Assembly (NCBI RefSeq): GCF_009914755.1
Contig: NC_060931.1
DNA length: 64,000 nucleotides
Reading direction: 5' to 3' (one strand)
Source of the DNA: the human T2T-CHM13v2.0 reference genome, Homo sapiens
Shown: in pieces, positions 29,735 through 43,096 of the stretch
Layout: each line of letters opens with the position of its first letter
Position numbering within the stretch: position 1 is the first letter of the stretch
Position numbers and translations under genes: made by a program
Notes under the pieces: generated by a model
What the model saw: only the letters and a program-made list of their open reading frames with translations
Databases searched by the model: none
Told to the model about the DNA's origin: nothing

Positions 29735-30600
29735 GTGTCAGTTAGTATCCCTGTGCCTTCGAGCAACAGAAAACCAGAAGCTGCATGGCTTAGATAATAA
29801 GAAAATGGATTCGATCACACAAGAGCAAGTCCAGAGTCCTCAGGCCTTCAAAGGTCAGCCCAGTGGCTCGGCAGCCTCTGCTCAAGCCCGAGTGACCACC
29901 TTCCCTGCAGCCACCCACGGTGTCCCTTTGCCCCACTGCTGCTTTTCTCACGGCTGCAACAAGCCTCCCAACAGCAACCCCAGCTGTGTGCTTCTTCATA
30001 TCGTGGAAGGAGAGATTTCTGTGACTCTCCGTAACCCATCAATCAACGAGTGGATAAAGAAACTGTGGTGTATATATGATGGAACACTACTCAGCCATAA
30101 AAAGGAATGAATTAACAGCATTTGCAGTGACTCGGATGATAATGGAGACGATTATTCTAAGTGAAGTAACTCTGGAATGGAAAACCAAACATCGTATGTT
30201 TTCACTGATAGATGGGAGCTAAGCTATGAGGACACAAAGGAATAAGAATAACACAATGGACTTTGGAGACTTGCAGGGAAGAGTGGGGGGGCGGGGCGAG
30301 AAATAAAATACAACATATATGGTGCAGTGTATAGTGCTCAGGTGATGGGTGCACCAGGATCTCACAAATCACTACTAAAGAACTTACTCATGTAACCAAA
30401 TACCACCTGTACCCCAATCACTTAAGGAAAAATAAAATTAAAATTAAATTTCTTTTTAAAAAGTGAGAAACAGCTTTCCTTAAGGTCCCCAGGAAACTTC
30501 TCCTAAGTTTCATCGGCCCAAATTGGGTCGCAACCTGATTCCTAAACCAGTCAGCAGGAAGACTGGAATTAGTCAAGTCCAGGCCTAAGCATGGAGACTT
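29735..30600 (-). mobile_element. Old MLT1(J/K)-like LTR split by an L1PB insertion
   Basis: tgtcagttag...gcaacagaaaacc...ggcttag on the left; tcatcggcccaaattgggtc...cctaaaccagtca on the right. Confidence 0.5.
30033..30450 (+). mobile_element. L1PB (L1PB1-like) 3' end
   Basis: catcaatcaacgagtggataaagaaactgtgg...gggagctaagctatgaggacacaaagg...aaataccacctgtacccc, then A-rich tail. Confidence 0.85.
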
Positions 30601-30740
30601 TTGCAGTGTGATGCCCGGTGGGCTCATCTTTTTGAGGAACGGTAAAAACATGGGCTGAGACAAACAAAGTCCATAGCACACAGCAGTGTGAGTACCAGGC
30701 CGAGCTCACATCCGCAGGAGAGGCAGTCCACTCATATATG

Positions 30741-31135
30741 TCTCAGTGGAGAGACGGTGCACAATTCTCTATTATCCACGTCTCAGTGGGGAGACGGTGC
30801 ACAGTTCTCTATCATCCGCGTCTCAGTGGGGAGACGGTGCACAATTCTCTATCATCCACGTCTCAGTGGGGAGACGGTGCACAATTCTCTATTATCCACG
30901 TCTCAGTGGGGAGACGGTGCACAATTCTCTATCATCCACGTCTCAGTGGGGAGACGGTGCACAATTCTCTATTATCCACGTCTCAGTGGGGAGACGGTGC
31001 ACAATTCTCTATTATCCACGTCTCAGTGGGGAGACGGTGCACAATTCTCTATTATCCATGTCTCAGTGGGGAGACGGTGCACAATTCTCTATCATCCGCG
31101 TCTCAGTGGACAGACGGTGCACAATTCTCTATCAT
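30741..31135. repeat. 40-bp minisatellite (VNTR), ~10 copies
   Basis: Unit tctcagtggggagacggtgcacaattctctat(t/c)atccacg starts every 40 nt from 30741 to 31101. Confidence 0.97.
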
Positions 31136-31204
31136 TCCTCCCAAGGACGTGAGCACTGATTTGCATGCAGTTAGTTGCCCTCTCACCCAGCAAGATCTGG
31201 TTCA

Positions 31205-31450
31205 ACAATGTAATTACTTCAGAACCTAGAACTAATTAAGGTAGAGTTCAAGGTCACAGCCTCATAATCAAGGGATAATTATCTTTGCTGTTTAAATCAC
31301 ATCATTTTGATGACATAAAAGTTACATGGCAAATAAACATCTAATTACATGGCAACTTCAGTGTAATTACTATTAAGTCATCTATCAGATATAAAATCAC
31401 TACTCAATGTGCTTATTATGATCAGCCTTGCTATTGCCAAAATGTTTCCC
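31205..31450. promoter_or_regulatory. Putative enhancer (motif-dense unique sequence)
   Basis: Five TAATTA, AGTTCAAGGTCA nuclear-receptor DR0/NR5A-type site, forkhead ATAAACA, duplicated ttacatggcaa. Confidence 0.35.
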
Positions 31451-33297
31451 ATGACTACTATGTCTCGGAAAAGACGCAATTCTAAAATAACACCAAGCAT
31501 TAAAAAACAGAGTTTGTTTTCTCTTTACCAAATAGGATCCTAAGTCTTTTCATTTGGGTTCAATTCAAGGCACTTCAGAACATCAGAAAAAGAAAAAAAA
31601 AAGATACAGTATAGAAAAAAACAGCTAAAGGAACATGAAGAAAAAACAGAAATAAACAAAATCTTCTCAAATCTCATATACTTTCAGATTAAAAGAAAAA
31701 AGTCTGAAATCCAAAAGGCAATATAGCAAATGGTTGAAGAAGTGAGGGATCCAGTTGAAGAACTGCTGCTCATGTTTTCAGAATTTCAGGATGCAGAGAC
31801 TTTTCCATTCCCACCTCAAGGGAGAATAGATGGTCACAAGATTATTACAAGCCTCTCTCGAAATTAATGACAAAGAAAAGCTCAGAGTTCACTATTTCTA
31901 CATTTTATAAGGAGGCAGACACCTATCTTTCTCACCATGGATTCGTTCTTCCACAAAGTAAGAATAAAACAGCTTCACAAAAAATAACATCACCAATTTC
32001 TGGTATTCATGCCCATTTGGACAAGAAATTGAAATTGATGTTTGCTCAGATCGACTGCCTTTATAGGCTCCATTTTGTTGTAATGATTTTCTCTCTATTC
32101 TTCATCACTTTTTCCCAAGTGACTTTATATTCTTATTTCTCTAGCCCTGCAAATATTATATATGCTAGTTTTCATTGACTTTGCATTCCAGAAGCTGTGT
32201 CTATTTGCCATATATTTGAAGGCCTTTATCATCTCTTCAATTACTCCAAAGCCATTACTGTGCACATAAGAATTAGATTCAAATTTTAAGTCAGTCAATA
32301 CTGAGAAAATAGGAGTAAACTGGAGTTTACTCAAAATAAGGAGGAGAAAAGGTGAAAGGGTGAAAGAGGTAGGGGGAGAGGGTGGCAAACAGCTGGGGAC
32401 CACAGGGTAAGGCGAGGCACATAGGAGAAGAGATAAAGCGGCCACACCCAGGCTCACCTCCTCCTCCCAAGGGAGCGGGACCTGGGCGCCCACAGCCTCC
32501 TCCCTCTGGGGAAGATGCACACGGCTCAGGGAAGCCCTGTCTTCTCCTCCTCCCTGTGAGTGAGCTTCCCACTTCTCTTTTGAAGAGCAAGCTTGGCTCC
32601 AGGAAATCCAGTCCACCAAAGAAGGGGAAGAGACCGGCTGATTGCAAACACCCAAGGATGCCTCCCTGAGTTGTTGAATACCGAGTGCCCGCCACGTACC
32701 ATGAGCTGTGCAGATCGGATGATGCCTGCCCATCTTACATATTTTCTTTTCCTTTTTGGTCTTTCTCTAAATTCGTGTCGTTTTTCTATTTCGTGTCCAG
32801 GTTATCTACGGTTCCTGCGGCAATGGAGGGCAGAGGGCTCGGAGCCTCCTTTGACCTCGGCCTCCTCCCTCACACCCTGTCGGCCAACCTCCCTGTGCCA
32901 ACGCCGGCCCTGCACCCAGCACACTACTGGCTCTGCGCCCCTAAGAGTTCTCAACCTTTTTCCTACCAAATTCAATCCCCATGTTTCAGTCTTCATTCCT
33001 CTGTAGTTCCCCAAGCATCTGAGCTGATGGACACCCCGTTCGTGCGTCCCAAAGTCTCCCCTCCGAGTTTCCATGACACTGAGTCTTCCTGCCTCACTTG
33101 CTTCCCCTCCATGATGACCCCGACTCAGTTATGTCCCACCACAATCATCAGAGCCCCGCCAGCATTCCCTCCCCACCTCCCTTTCTCTAGCTCCGTGGGC
33201 AGCCTACTCACTCCCCCTACAGCTGCTCTGACCCCTGTTCTTTCTTTACTCCCCTCAAAGCAGCTCAGAGCTCCCGCTGTGTTTCTCTTAGGTCCTC

Positions 33298-33808
33298 TAT
33301 ATCCTGTGGTTGTTGGGTAGAATGTTCTGTAAGTATCTGTTAAGTCTATTTGTTCTAAGGTATAATTTAAGTCCATTGTTTCTTTGTTGACTTTGTCTTA
33401 ATCACCTGTCTAGTGTTGTCAGTGGAGTACTGAAGTCCCTCACTATTATCGTGTTGCCTTCTTTCTCATTTCTTATGTCTAGTAAAATTGTTTTATAAAT
33501 TTGTGAGCTCCAGTGTTAGGTGCATATATATTTAGGATTGTGATATTTTCCTGTTGGACTGATTCTTTTATCATTTTATAATGTCCCTCTTTGTCTTTTT
33601 TAACTGTTGTTGCTTTAAAGTCTGTTTTGTCTAATATAAGAATACCCCTGCTCACGTTTTGTTTCCATTTGCATGGAATATCTTTTTCTACCCCTTTATC
33701 TTAAGTTTATGTGAGTCCTTATGTGTTAGGTGAGTTTCTTGCAGACAGAAGATATTTGGTTGGTAGATTTTTATGCATTCTTCCATTCTGTATCTTTTAA
33801 GTGGAGCT
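33298..33808 (-). mobile_element. L1PB-like ORF2 endonuclease-region fragment (inverted)
   Basis: Minus-strand translation MDLNYTLEQIDLTDTYRTFYPTT. Confidence 0.85.
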
Positions 33809-33809
33809 T

Positions 33810-35289
33810 TTAATGCAATTCCCATCAACATTCATCATCATTCTTCACAGAACTAGAAAAAATTATAAAATCCATATGGAACCTGCATTTTATCCAAAAA
33901 AGACCAAAATCCAAAAAAGACCCTGCATTGCCAAAGCAAGACTAAGCAGAAAGAACAAATCTGGAGGTATCACATTACCTGACTTCAACTATACTACAAA
34001 GCTGTAGTTTCCAAAACAGCATGGTACTGGTATAAAAATTGGCATGTAGACCAATGGAACAGAATACTCAAAAATAAAGCCAAATATTTATAGGCAACTG
34101 ATCTTCAAGAAAGCAAACAAAAACATAAAGTGGAGAAAGGACACCCTATTCAACAAGTGGTGCTGGGATAATTGGCTAGTCACATGTGAAAGAATGAAGC
34201 TGAATCCTCATCTCTCACCTTATAGAAAAAATCAACTCAAGACGGATCAAGGACTTTAAGACCTGAAGCCATAAAAACTCTAGAAGATAATATCAGAAAA
34301 ACCATTCTAGGCATTGGCTTAGGCAAAGAGTTCATGACCAAGAATCCAAAAGCAAATGCAACAAGAACAAAAATAAACAGATGGGACTTAATTAAACTAA
34401 AAAGCTTCTGCACAGCAAAGGAAACAATCAGCAGAGTAAGCAGACAACCCACAGAGTGGGAGAAAATATTTGCAAACTATGGATCCAGCAAAGGACTAAT
34501 ATCCAGAATCTATAAGGAACTCAAACAAACCAGCAAGAAAAAAACAAATAATCCTGTCAAAAAGTGGGCAAAGGACATGAACAGACAATTCTTAAAAGAA
34601 GATATACAAATGGCCAACAAACATAGGAAAAAATGCTCAACATCGCTAATAATCACAATGCAAATCAAAACCACAATGCAACACCACCTTACTTCTGCAA
34701 GAATGGCCATGATCAAAAAATCAAAAAATAACAGATGTTGGCATGGATATGATAAAAAAGGGAACACTTTTACACTGCTGGTGGGAATGTAAACTAGTGC
34801 AACTACTGTGGAAGACAGTATGGAGATTCCTTAAAGAACTAAAGGTAGAACTACCACTGGATCCAGCAATCACACTACTGGGTATCTACTCAGAGGAAAA
34901 TAAGTCACTATATGAAAAGGACACTTATACATGAATGTTTATAGCAGCTCAATTCGCAATTGCAAAAATATGGAACCAGCCTAAATGCCTATTAACTGAG
35001 TGGATAAAGAAAATGTGAGATATATATATATATACACACACATATATATATGTATCATGGAATACTACTCAACCATAAAAAGGAAAGAAAGAATGGCATT
35101 CACAGCAACCTGGATGGAGTTGGAGATCATTCTTCTAAGAGAAGTAACTCAGGAATGGAAAACCAAACATCATATGTTCTCACTCATAAGTGGGAGCTAA
35201 GCTATGAGGATGCAAAGGCATAAGAATGATACCATGGACTTTCAGGACTTAGGGGGAAGGGTGGAAGGGCGTGAAGGATTAAAAAAAAA
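33810..35289 (+). mobile_element. L1PB-like ORF2 C-terminal region and partial 3'UTR
   Basis: ORF2 remnants ([12 protein letters not shown]; [33 protein letters not shown]); frameshifted and non-functional. Confidence 0.9.
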
Positions 35290-36849
35290 TGCTATGCGAA
35301 AAGGTTCCCAGGAACAATTTGGGACAATTTGAAATTAACAAAACTAGATGGAAATACATTGAGTATGTTTAAATAAAAAAATTAATAAATTGGTTAATTT
35401 TATGTTATGCAAACCTTCAATAAATTTACTTTTAGTTTTTAGAAAATTCCCTTTAGGAGCAAAACATCACAAAATGCAACATGAAAGAGAAAACGAAAAA
35501 GGAAAGGGGTAGTTTCATAACTTTGCATTCATGTAAATTGTATTAGGGCAGTGAGAAGAGCTTATAAATGGCTTCCATACAAATATGACTCGGACCTTTT
35601 TAGCCCCTCCTGGGATCCATCTTCCCCTCCCCATCAGGACACATTCTCCCTGAAGCAAAGGAACGTATCATTCCCCGGGTCCTTCCAAGACTCCAAGAGA
35701 GTCCCAGCAATTTGTCTTCATAATTTTATGTCCTTTTACTTAAAAGCATTCCCAAAATCGTATAAGCTTCTGGCTTCCCCAGAACTTTCTAGACCCATCC
35801 TGCTGAGTCCTCTCCAGCCCTGAGTGAGAGGTGCTGCCCAGGCACTGAGCCAGCTGCTTCCATTAGGGAGTAGCGACTGAAGCCAACGCCAGCCACTAAA
35901 GGAATATCCTTCTCTAGGACCAAGAAAGATTTCTCAAGTTGCCAATAAGACCAATCTGCTTTCTGTTTTCAAAACTCATATGTTTTATTTTGCTTTGATT
36001 TCTGGTTTATCTAAGCAAATGAGAGACTCCTGTGTCTCAAGCATTGCCACCTGGGGGACATAGATGATGCAATCCCCTCCGTTAATTAATACATCCCAAA
36101 TCTGGCTATCAAACAAGATGTTCGCCAGAGCTTTGTCCCCTCCAAATAGGAAGATGGCATTGAGCTTCCAAGCAAATAACCCAAGTCCCTAACCGGGTCC
36201 TAGAGTCCACCCTTCCCCTTCCCCCTGGGCTCACTCTGGTCACACCCACCACACACCAACCGCACGCGTTGCTCTTGAATTGCTCTTGAATTTGAGGTTT
36301 GCTCCTGTCTCGCACCTTTGCAGTTGGTTTCCCCTCCACCTGGAAGGTGCTCCCCAAAATATCCACGCGGAATTCCCTTTCCTCTTCAGGTCTTTCTCCC
36401 ATGCTTCTCCCCGGTTACTCGCTCTGAAACTGCACTCTACACCGTTACTTTCTATTCCCTTCCAAGTTGATTTTCCTCCCTAACCTTCATTAATCACCCA
36501 GGACAGGCCGCACGTTCTGCCAACACCTCCTGCTGTCTGTCTTCCCCACCTGACTGTCCACTCTGCGGGGGCAGGAATGTGGGCGTTTTAAAATACCACC
36601 ACATCTCTGAGGTGCAGACCACTGCCTGGTGTGTGATGGGTGTCAGTGAGCATCTGTCTGGGGAGGTGAGGGTCGGTTAATTAATCATGCAATGAGGGAC
36701 GGGCTAAGGAGATGAGCCGCTCAGACAGAACATAGCATAGCAAGGCACACGCTGCGCTTCTCATACAGGTAGCACCATCCTACAACACAAAACAATTCAA
36801 TGCAAGGGGAAAAAGTAAAGTCAAAAGTAATTCATTCATATTTGTTTAA

Positions 36850-37230
36850 TTGTGGCATATTTATACCACCGAGGACTATTCAGCAATAAACAGGAACGAA
36901 CTACTGATGTATATGACCGTGGGGATCAATTTCAAATGCGTTACTGGGTGGAAGAAGTCAGACCCAAGAGAGTCTATGCTGTCCATCAACTCCAGGAACA
37001 GGCAACATTCACCCATGGTGACAGAATTCAGAAAGTGGTTGCCTGATTTGGGAGCAGGAAATGAGGAATGACTAAAGAGGGTCATGAGGGAACTTTTCTG
37101 GGATGATAAAAAGGTTCTGCATTTTGTTTGGGGCAGGGCTACATGGATATGTGTGTGTTAAGACTCAAATTGAGCACCTCAGATCTCCGCATCTTATTGA
37201 ATGTAAAATGATCTCAATTATAAATACATA
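36850..37230 (+). mobile_element. Old L1M 3' end
   Basis: ttgtggcatatttatacc...cagcaataaacaggaacgaactactgat...catgagggaacttttctgggatgataaaaagg. Confidence 0.7.
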
Positions 37231-37343
37231 CAAGTATACACACACACCATGAATCATTCATCTTAGAATTTGGGCCTCTCCACTTACCACATTCTGGAAG
37301 GCGCTGACTGAGGGAGATTAAATAAAAGGGGAAGGCACCATAA

Positions 37344-37646
<303 letters not shown>

Positions 37647-38189
37647 TAAAACCTCTATGAGATGCAAGCAGCTGTGAGCAGGCAATCCTCCAAGCTCATC
37701 TTCCTTATTAATAAGGCCGTCTTACAGTCCTCACACTTAAAGAACTAAGCCCCTTGGACAGAGGCCAAGACAGACATGCCTTTGTCAATTGTCCCCTTTG
37801 GTGACTGCTCCACATTGAGCTGCCAATGGGGTAATAATAGAACATCAGATTTGTAGGAAGAGCTGTCTGCATTATCTAACTTACCAAAGACGAAATGTCA
37901 GAAAAGGGGGAATTCATAACAAAAAAAAAAGCATCTCTCCAAATGACAATGAAGGTCAGAAGTATTTTTTATGCATCTCAATGCACTCAGTCTTCATGAT
38001 GTTCAGAAGCTGCGGAATCGGGAACAAGCGGTCCTGCTCCTGCGGCCCCTGCTTTGCTCCTCCTCCTCTGAGGCGCTGAGGACATCCTCTGGCCCAGACC
38101 TAATTTCTTTTTCTTTAGAACACCTGCCAGGGAGGAAAAGGAGGGCATGCATCCATTCTGAGCATTTTCTCCTCCCAGCCTGATATTCA

Positions 38190-38630
38190 CCTGACAGCCC
38201 GACCTGTGCCTGACACTGCTTCGGCAGCGTTCTACAGGAGAAATACGACTGGTCAGAGACAGACCCCTGGCTTCGCCGTGATCCGCCACCACCACGCACG
38301 CCAAGCAGCCCTGGGTGTCCTCGGGGGGCAGTGCTGCATGCTGGCCAGCAGGGCGGACGCTGGCTGCCATCCCGGCTGACCCACGGCCACCCGAGTGACC
38401 TTGGAGTCACTCGCCCTCTCTGTGCCTCAGGCTCTCCACCTGCAAGCTGGGTACACATCTCATCCATGGTGACTACACGGTATGACACACACAAAGTGCC
38501 TAAAACAGCGCTGGACCCTTCGCTTCTGTGCTGAAGGGGCACGGAGCGCTGAGGGGGCCGAGGACATACCCGCGCTGGCCGCCACGCAGTGTGTGTACCC
38601 TAGAGACGTGTGACGCCCCAGGACCGGAGT
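38190..38630. promoter_or_regulatory. CpG-rich segment (possible regulatory element)
   Basis: About 29 CpG in ~430 bp; GC-rich and mostly unique. Confidence 0.35.
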
Positions 38631-38754
38631 TCACAGCCTGGGCTCAGGGGGTCTGAACACCAAGGTCACCAGTAACTGGGGAGCAGATGCATCTGTGCAT
38701 CTTCCTCACAGGAGGCTCCACAGCCTTTGCAAATGGGCACTGACTCCAAAAGCA

Positions 38755-39780
38755 ATTCAACTCAGCAAAGGCTGTGAGTCCCACAACGCGTCAGACACTG
38801 CTAAGCCCAGAGGGCGTGATGACAATGGTGAATGAGACCAAAACAGACAAGCAATTGAGTCCTCATGATCACAGCTGGGTTAGGGGAAGCCCGGGGAGGT
38901 GGTGGGGGGGCGGGGGGGGAGTGGGGACAAACACAAGGGCAGCTGCCCTACGGAGAAAGAAAAGACCCAGGAAGACCTGGAGGAGGCGGCGTTTACCTTG
39001 GGATCTGAAGGATGCCAAGAATCTGCTCCCCTGCTTGCTAGAGGAAGAAGGGTCCAGTCTGAGAACAACACACATGAAGACCCAGAGGTGAGAGCCGCCC
39101 AGAGACTGAGAAATGGAAGATAGTTCCATGACAGGAAACGGCCAAACACAAAAGTGGAGGGTTCCGTGGAGGCAGAGCCCAAGAGCTGTGAGCATTCGGT
39201 GTGCCAGGGAGATTCTGAAGGGTTTTAAGGAAAGAAAAGACACAGCCCGGTTTTTTGGAGGGGGATCTCTGTGCCTGCAGGGTGAGGAAGGGTTACGAGG
39301 GGCCAGCTGGGCAGCCACCATGTGAGAGGGGATAGGCCAAGGCAATGGGGATGAGAGGGACTTGTGACAAGTTCAGAGGCGAGTCCATGGGGTGGTGGCG
39401 TGTCTGTGAGTGGTGGGGGGAGGGGCGGCAGGAGAGAAAGCAAGTGTGATTCCTGAATTTCTGCGGGAAAGCCAGAGGGATGAGGTGTCATGCCTGGGAG
39501 AAAATGACTTGTAGAAGTTGAAGTGCCTTGAAAACATTCAAGTGCAGGTGACCAGAGGCAGGTGGGGAGAGAGCTCCGCTAGACATACAGATTTTGGAGA
39601 CTTGGCGTATGTTAACATCAGGGTGGTGGGGTGAGCTCACAAACAAGGAAGTGCATAAAGAGAAAAGGGAAGAAGGTCTGGAACAAAACCCTGAACAATC
39701 GGAATGTTCCAGGTAGGACCCAAAACAAAGACCCCACAAAGGACCCTTGGACAAGGACAGCCAGAGGATGGGGGAGGAAA
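38755..39780 (-). mobile_element. L2 remnant
   Basis: Degenerate L2 3' end (aattcaactcagcaaag...cagacactgctaag) and internal ctagacatacagattttggagacttggc. Confidence 0.55.
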
Positions 39781-39783
39781 TCA

Positions 39784-40261
<478 letters not shown>

Positions 40262-41397
40262 TCAAAGCTATATGATAACAACACATGTTGAACCCTTTCA
40301 ACATGCCAAGCCTTCTTCAATAGGCTTTACGTATATTAACACACTGAATTTTCACAATAGCCCTATGAAATGAGTATGATTTTTCATCATCACTTTACAA
40401 ATGGGGAAACTAAGGCCCAGACGCATCAAATGTAGTTCCCAAGGCTACAGCTGGTACGTGGTGAGGGATGGGTGTCAGCCATAAGCAATACATGTAGCTG
40501 GACAGAGGATTCACTGAAAGAAACATCAGGGGGTGTTTTGAAGAAAGTGAAATGAGTTTGAGATGCTGCAGCATGTGCAGTGATGTCCAGGAGGTAACCA
40601 CAGATGTGAGCGGCAAGCTCAAGACAGTCAAAATCCAAAATGCAGACGTGGCATGTTGTAGTCCATGAGCAGTAGCTGTGGACAGAGGAAGAGAGGAGCT
40701 GGGGGCCGGACGTGGTGAAGCATCTGTGGGAGACGGGAAGGAAGGCAATGCTTTGTGGAAGTTTGGCCATCGAGAGAGTGTTGCAGCTGGAGGGGCCTCA
40801 GGTGGAGAGAGGAAGGCGCATCTACCCAGCACACCTGTGTAGATGGAAGAAAGGAAGAAAGACCAGAAGGCAGAAAGCCTCAGGCAGGGCGAGGATGGAG
40901 GCAGACAGATGAGGCCCTGGGGTGGCATGGGCTCCTCCAACATTAGGAGGGAGTCCAGGGGAACATGGCAAAGGTGAAAAAATGATAGAAAATCAGAAAG
41001 TGAGGAAGAAATTAATGCCGTTTTATGATAGTCTCAACAGAAGAAATTAAACTCGATGAAATGTGAGTACTCACACATGACAATGCCCAACAGAGGCTGA
41101 GAAAAAGCCAGTTTCGTGTTGCCATAACACAAAATGTTTCTTGTAACTCCATCTTTGAATTGTAAAGTTACATAATCATCCAAATATAGTATACTTTATT
41201 TGTAAAAAGGAGTATTTCCTTACACAGTCTCTGCATACTGTTTCTTGATACTGTGTGCCATCTTGATGCTTTATCTCCATTAAACTCTAGACTTAGGTTC
41301 ATCCATTAGAAAGGTAAGACGTGGAGCCAAACAGATAGATAGCTGTGTGCACAACTGCACTCTGCGGGGCCCAAAGACCATGCCCACATATAGTTAA

Positions 41398-41730
<333 letters not shown>

Positions 41731-41742
41731 TAGTATTAATGT

Positions 41743-41794
<52 letters not shown>

Positions 41795-41837
41795 GGAGAG
41801 GGAGAGAGGGAGAGAGGGAGGGAGAGAGGGAGAGAGG

Positions 41838-41873
<36 letters not shown>

Positions 41874-41874
41874 G
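41743..41874. repeat. (GA)n/(GGGA)n polypurine tract
   Basis: ~130 nt almost purely A/G. Confidence 0.95.
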
Positions 41875-42079
41875 CTCACTGGTATTTCACTAAGTAATGC
41901 TCTATAAATAATGATAATATTTTAATCTTTTAAAAACTTATAAAGCCTACACATTTCTAAGTCCTGCTGCCTCTCCCTGTGTCACGCAGCATCTTCACCC
42001 ATTTTAACCACATCATGACAGTCTAGGTGAATATCCTGCATTTCTAAGAACCAAGATAATATCAAGATTTTGTCTTGGT

Positions 42080-42395
42080 AACCACCATTCTTCTGCTTCT
42101 ATGAGTTCAACTTTTTTAGATTCCGCATCTAAGTGAGAATATGCAGAATTGTCCTTCTTCTGTACCTGGCTTATTCTACTCCATGTCCTCCAAGTTCACC
42201 CAGGTTGTCATAAATGACAGAATTTCCTTCTTTTCATGGCTGAATAATATTCCATTTTGTGTGTGTATATGTGTGCACACACACACGCACATATGTGTGT
42301 ATATATCTCTCACACACATCTTTTTTATCTGCTGATGGACGCATAGGTCACGTCCATATCTTGGCTACTGTGAACCGTGCTGCAATGAACATGGA
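42080..42395 (-). mobile_element. L1M 3' fragment
   Basis: ttctatgagttcaacttttttagattcc...ttggctactgtgaaccgtgctgcaatgaacatgg. Confidence 0.75.
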
Positions 42396-42727
42396 AGCCC
42401 TAGGCCCAGGCCGCTGCTTTTCCAAATTTTTACATAAGGCGGCTCCCAGGAAAATACCTCAGCAGGCGTGCTTTGTAGCAAGCACAGAATTTTGAAGATT
42501 CATATCGAATGCCCTTAGATGGTGCGTGGACTCTCCACTTCTACACAAGCCTTGCCATTCTCCATTGCCTCACAGCCAGCTCACTCACGGGCACCACCTG
42601 CTGGGCCCCGTGGGTTTTTAGTTTGTGACTTGGGGTGCAGGAATGAGATGGAATGGGGTAAGACACACAAACAGACACACATACACACACACAGTCCTTG
42701 AATTCACAGATATACATTTGAGTTTAG

Positions 42728-43096
<369 letters not shown>

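Noticed and set aside
30741-31135. 40-bp repeats as a CRISPR array
   Set aside because: Units are head-to-tail with no unique spacers, there are no cas genes, and the DNA is primate
34334-34792. L1 ORF2-like ORFs (also 12779-13036, 57562-57924, 59102-59344) as genes
   Set aside because: Fragments of truncated, frameshifted LINE-1 copies
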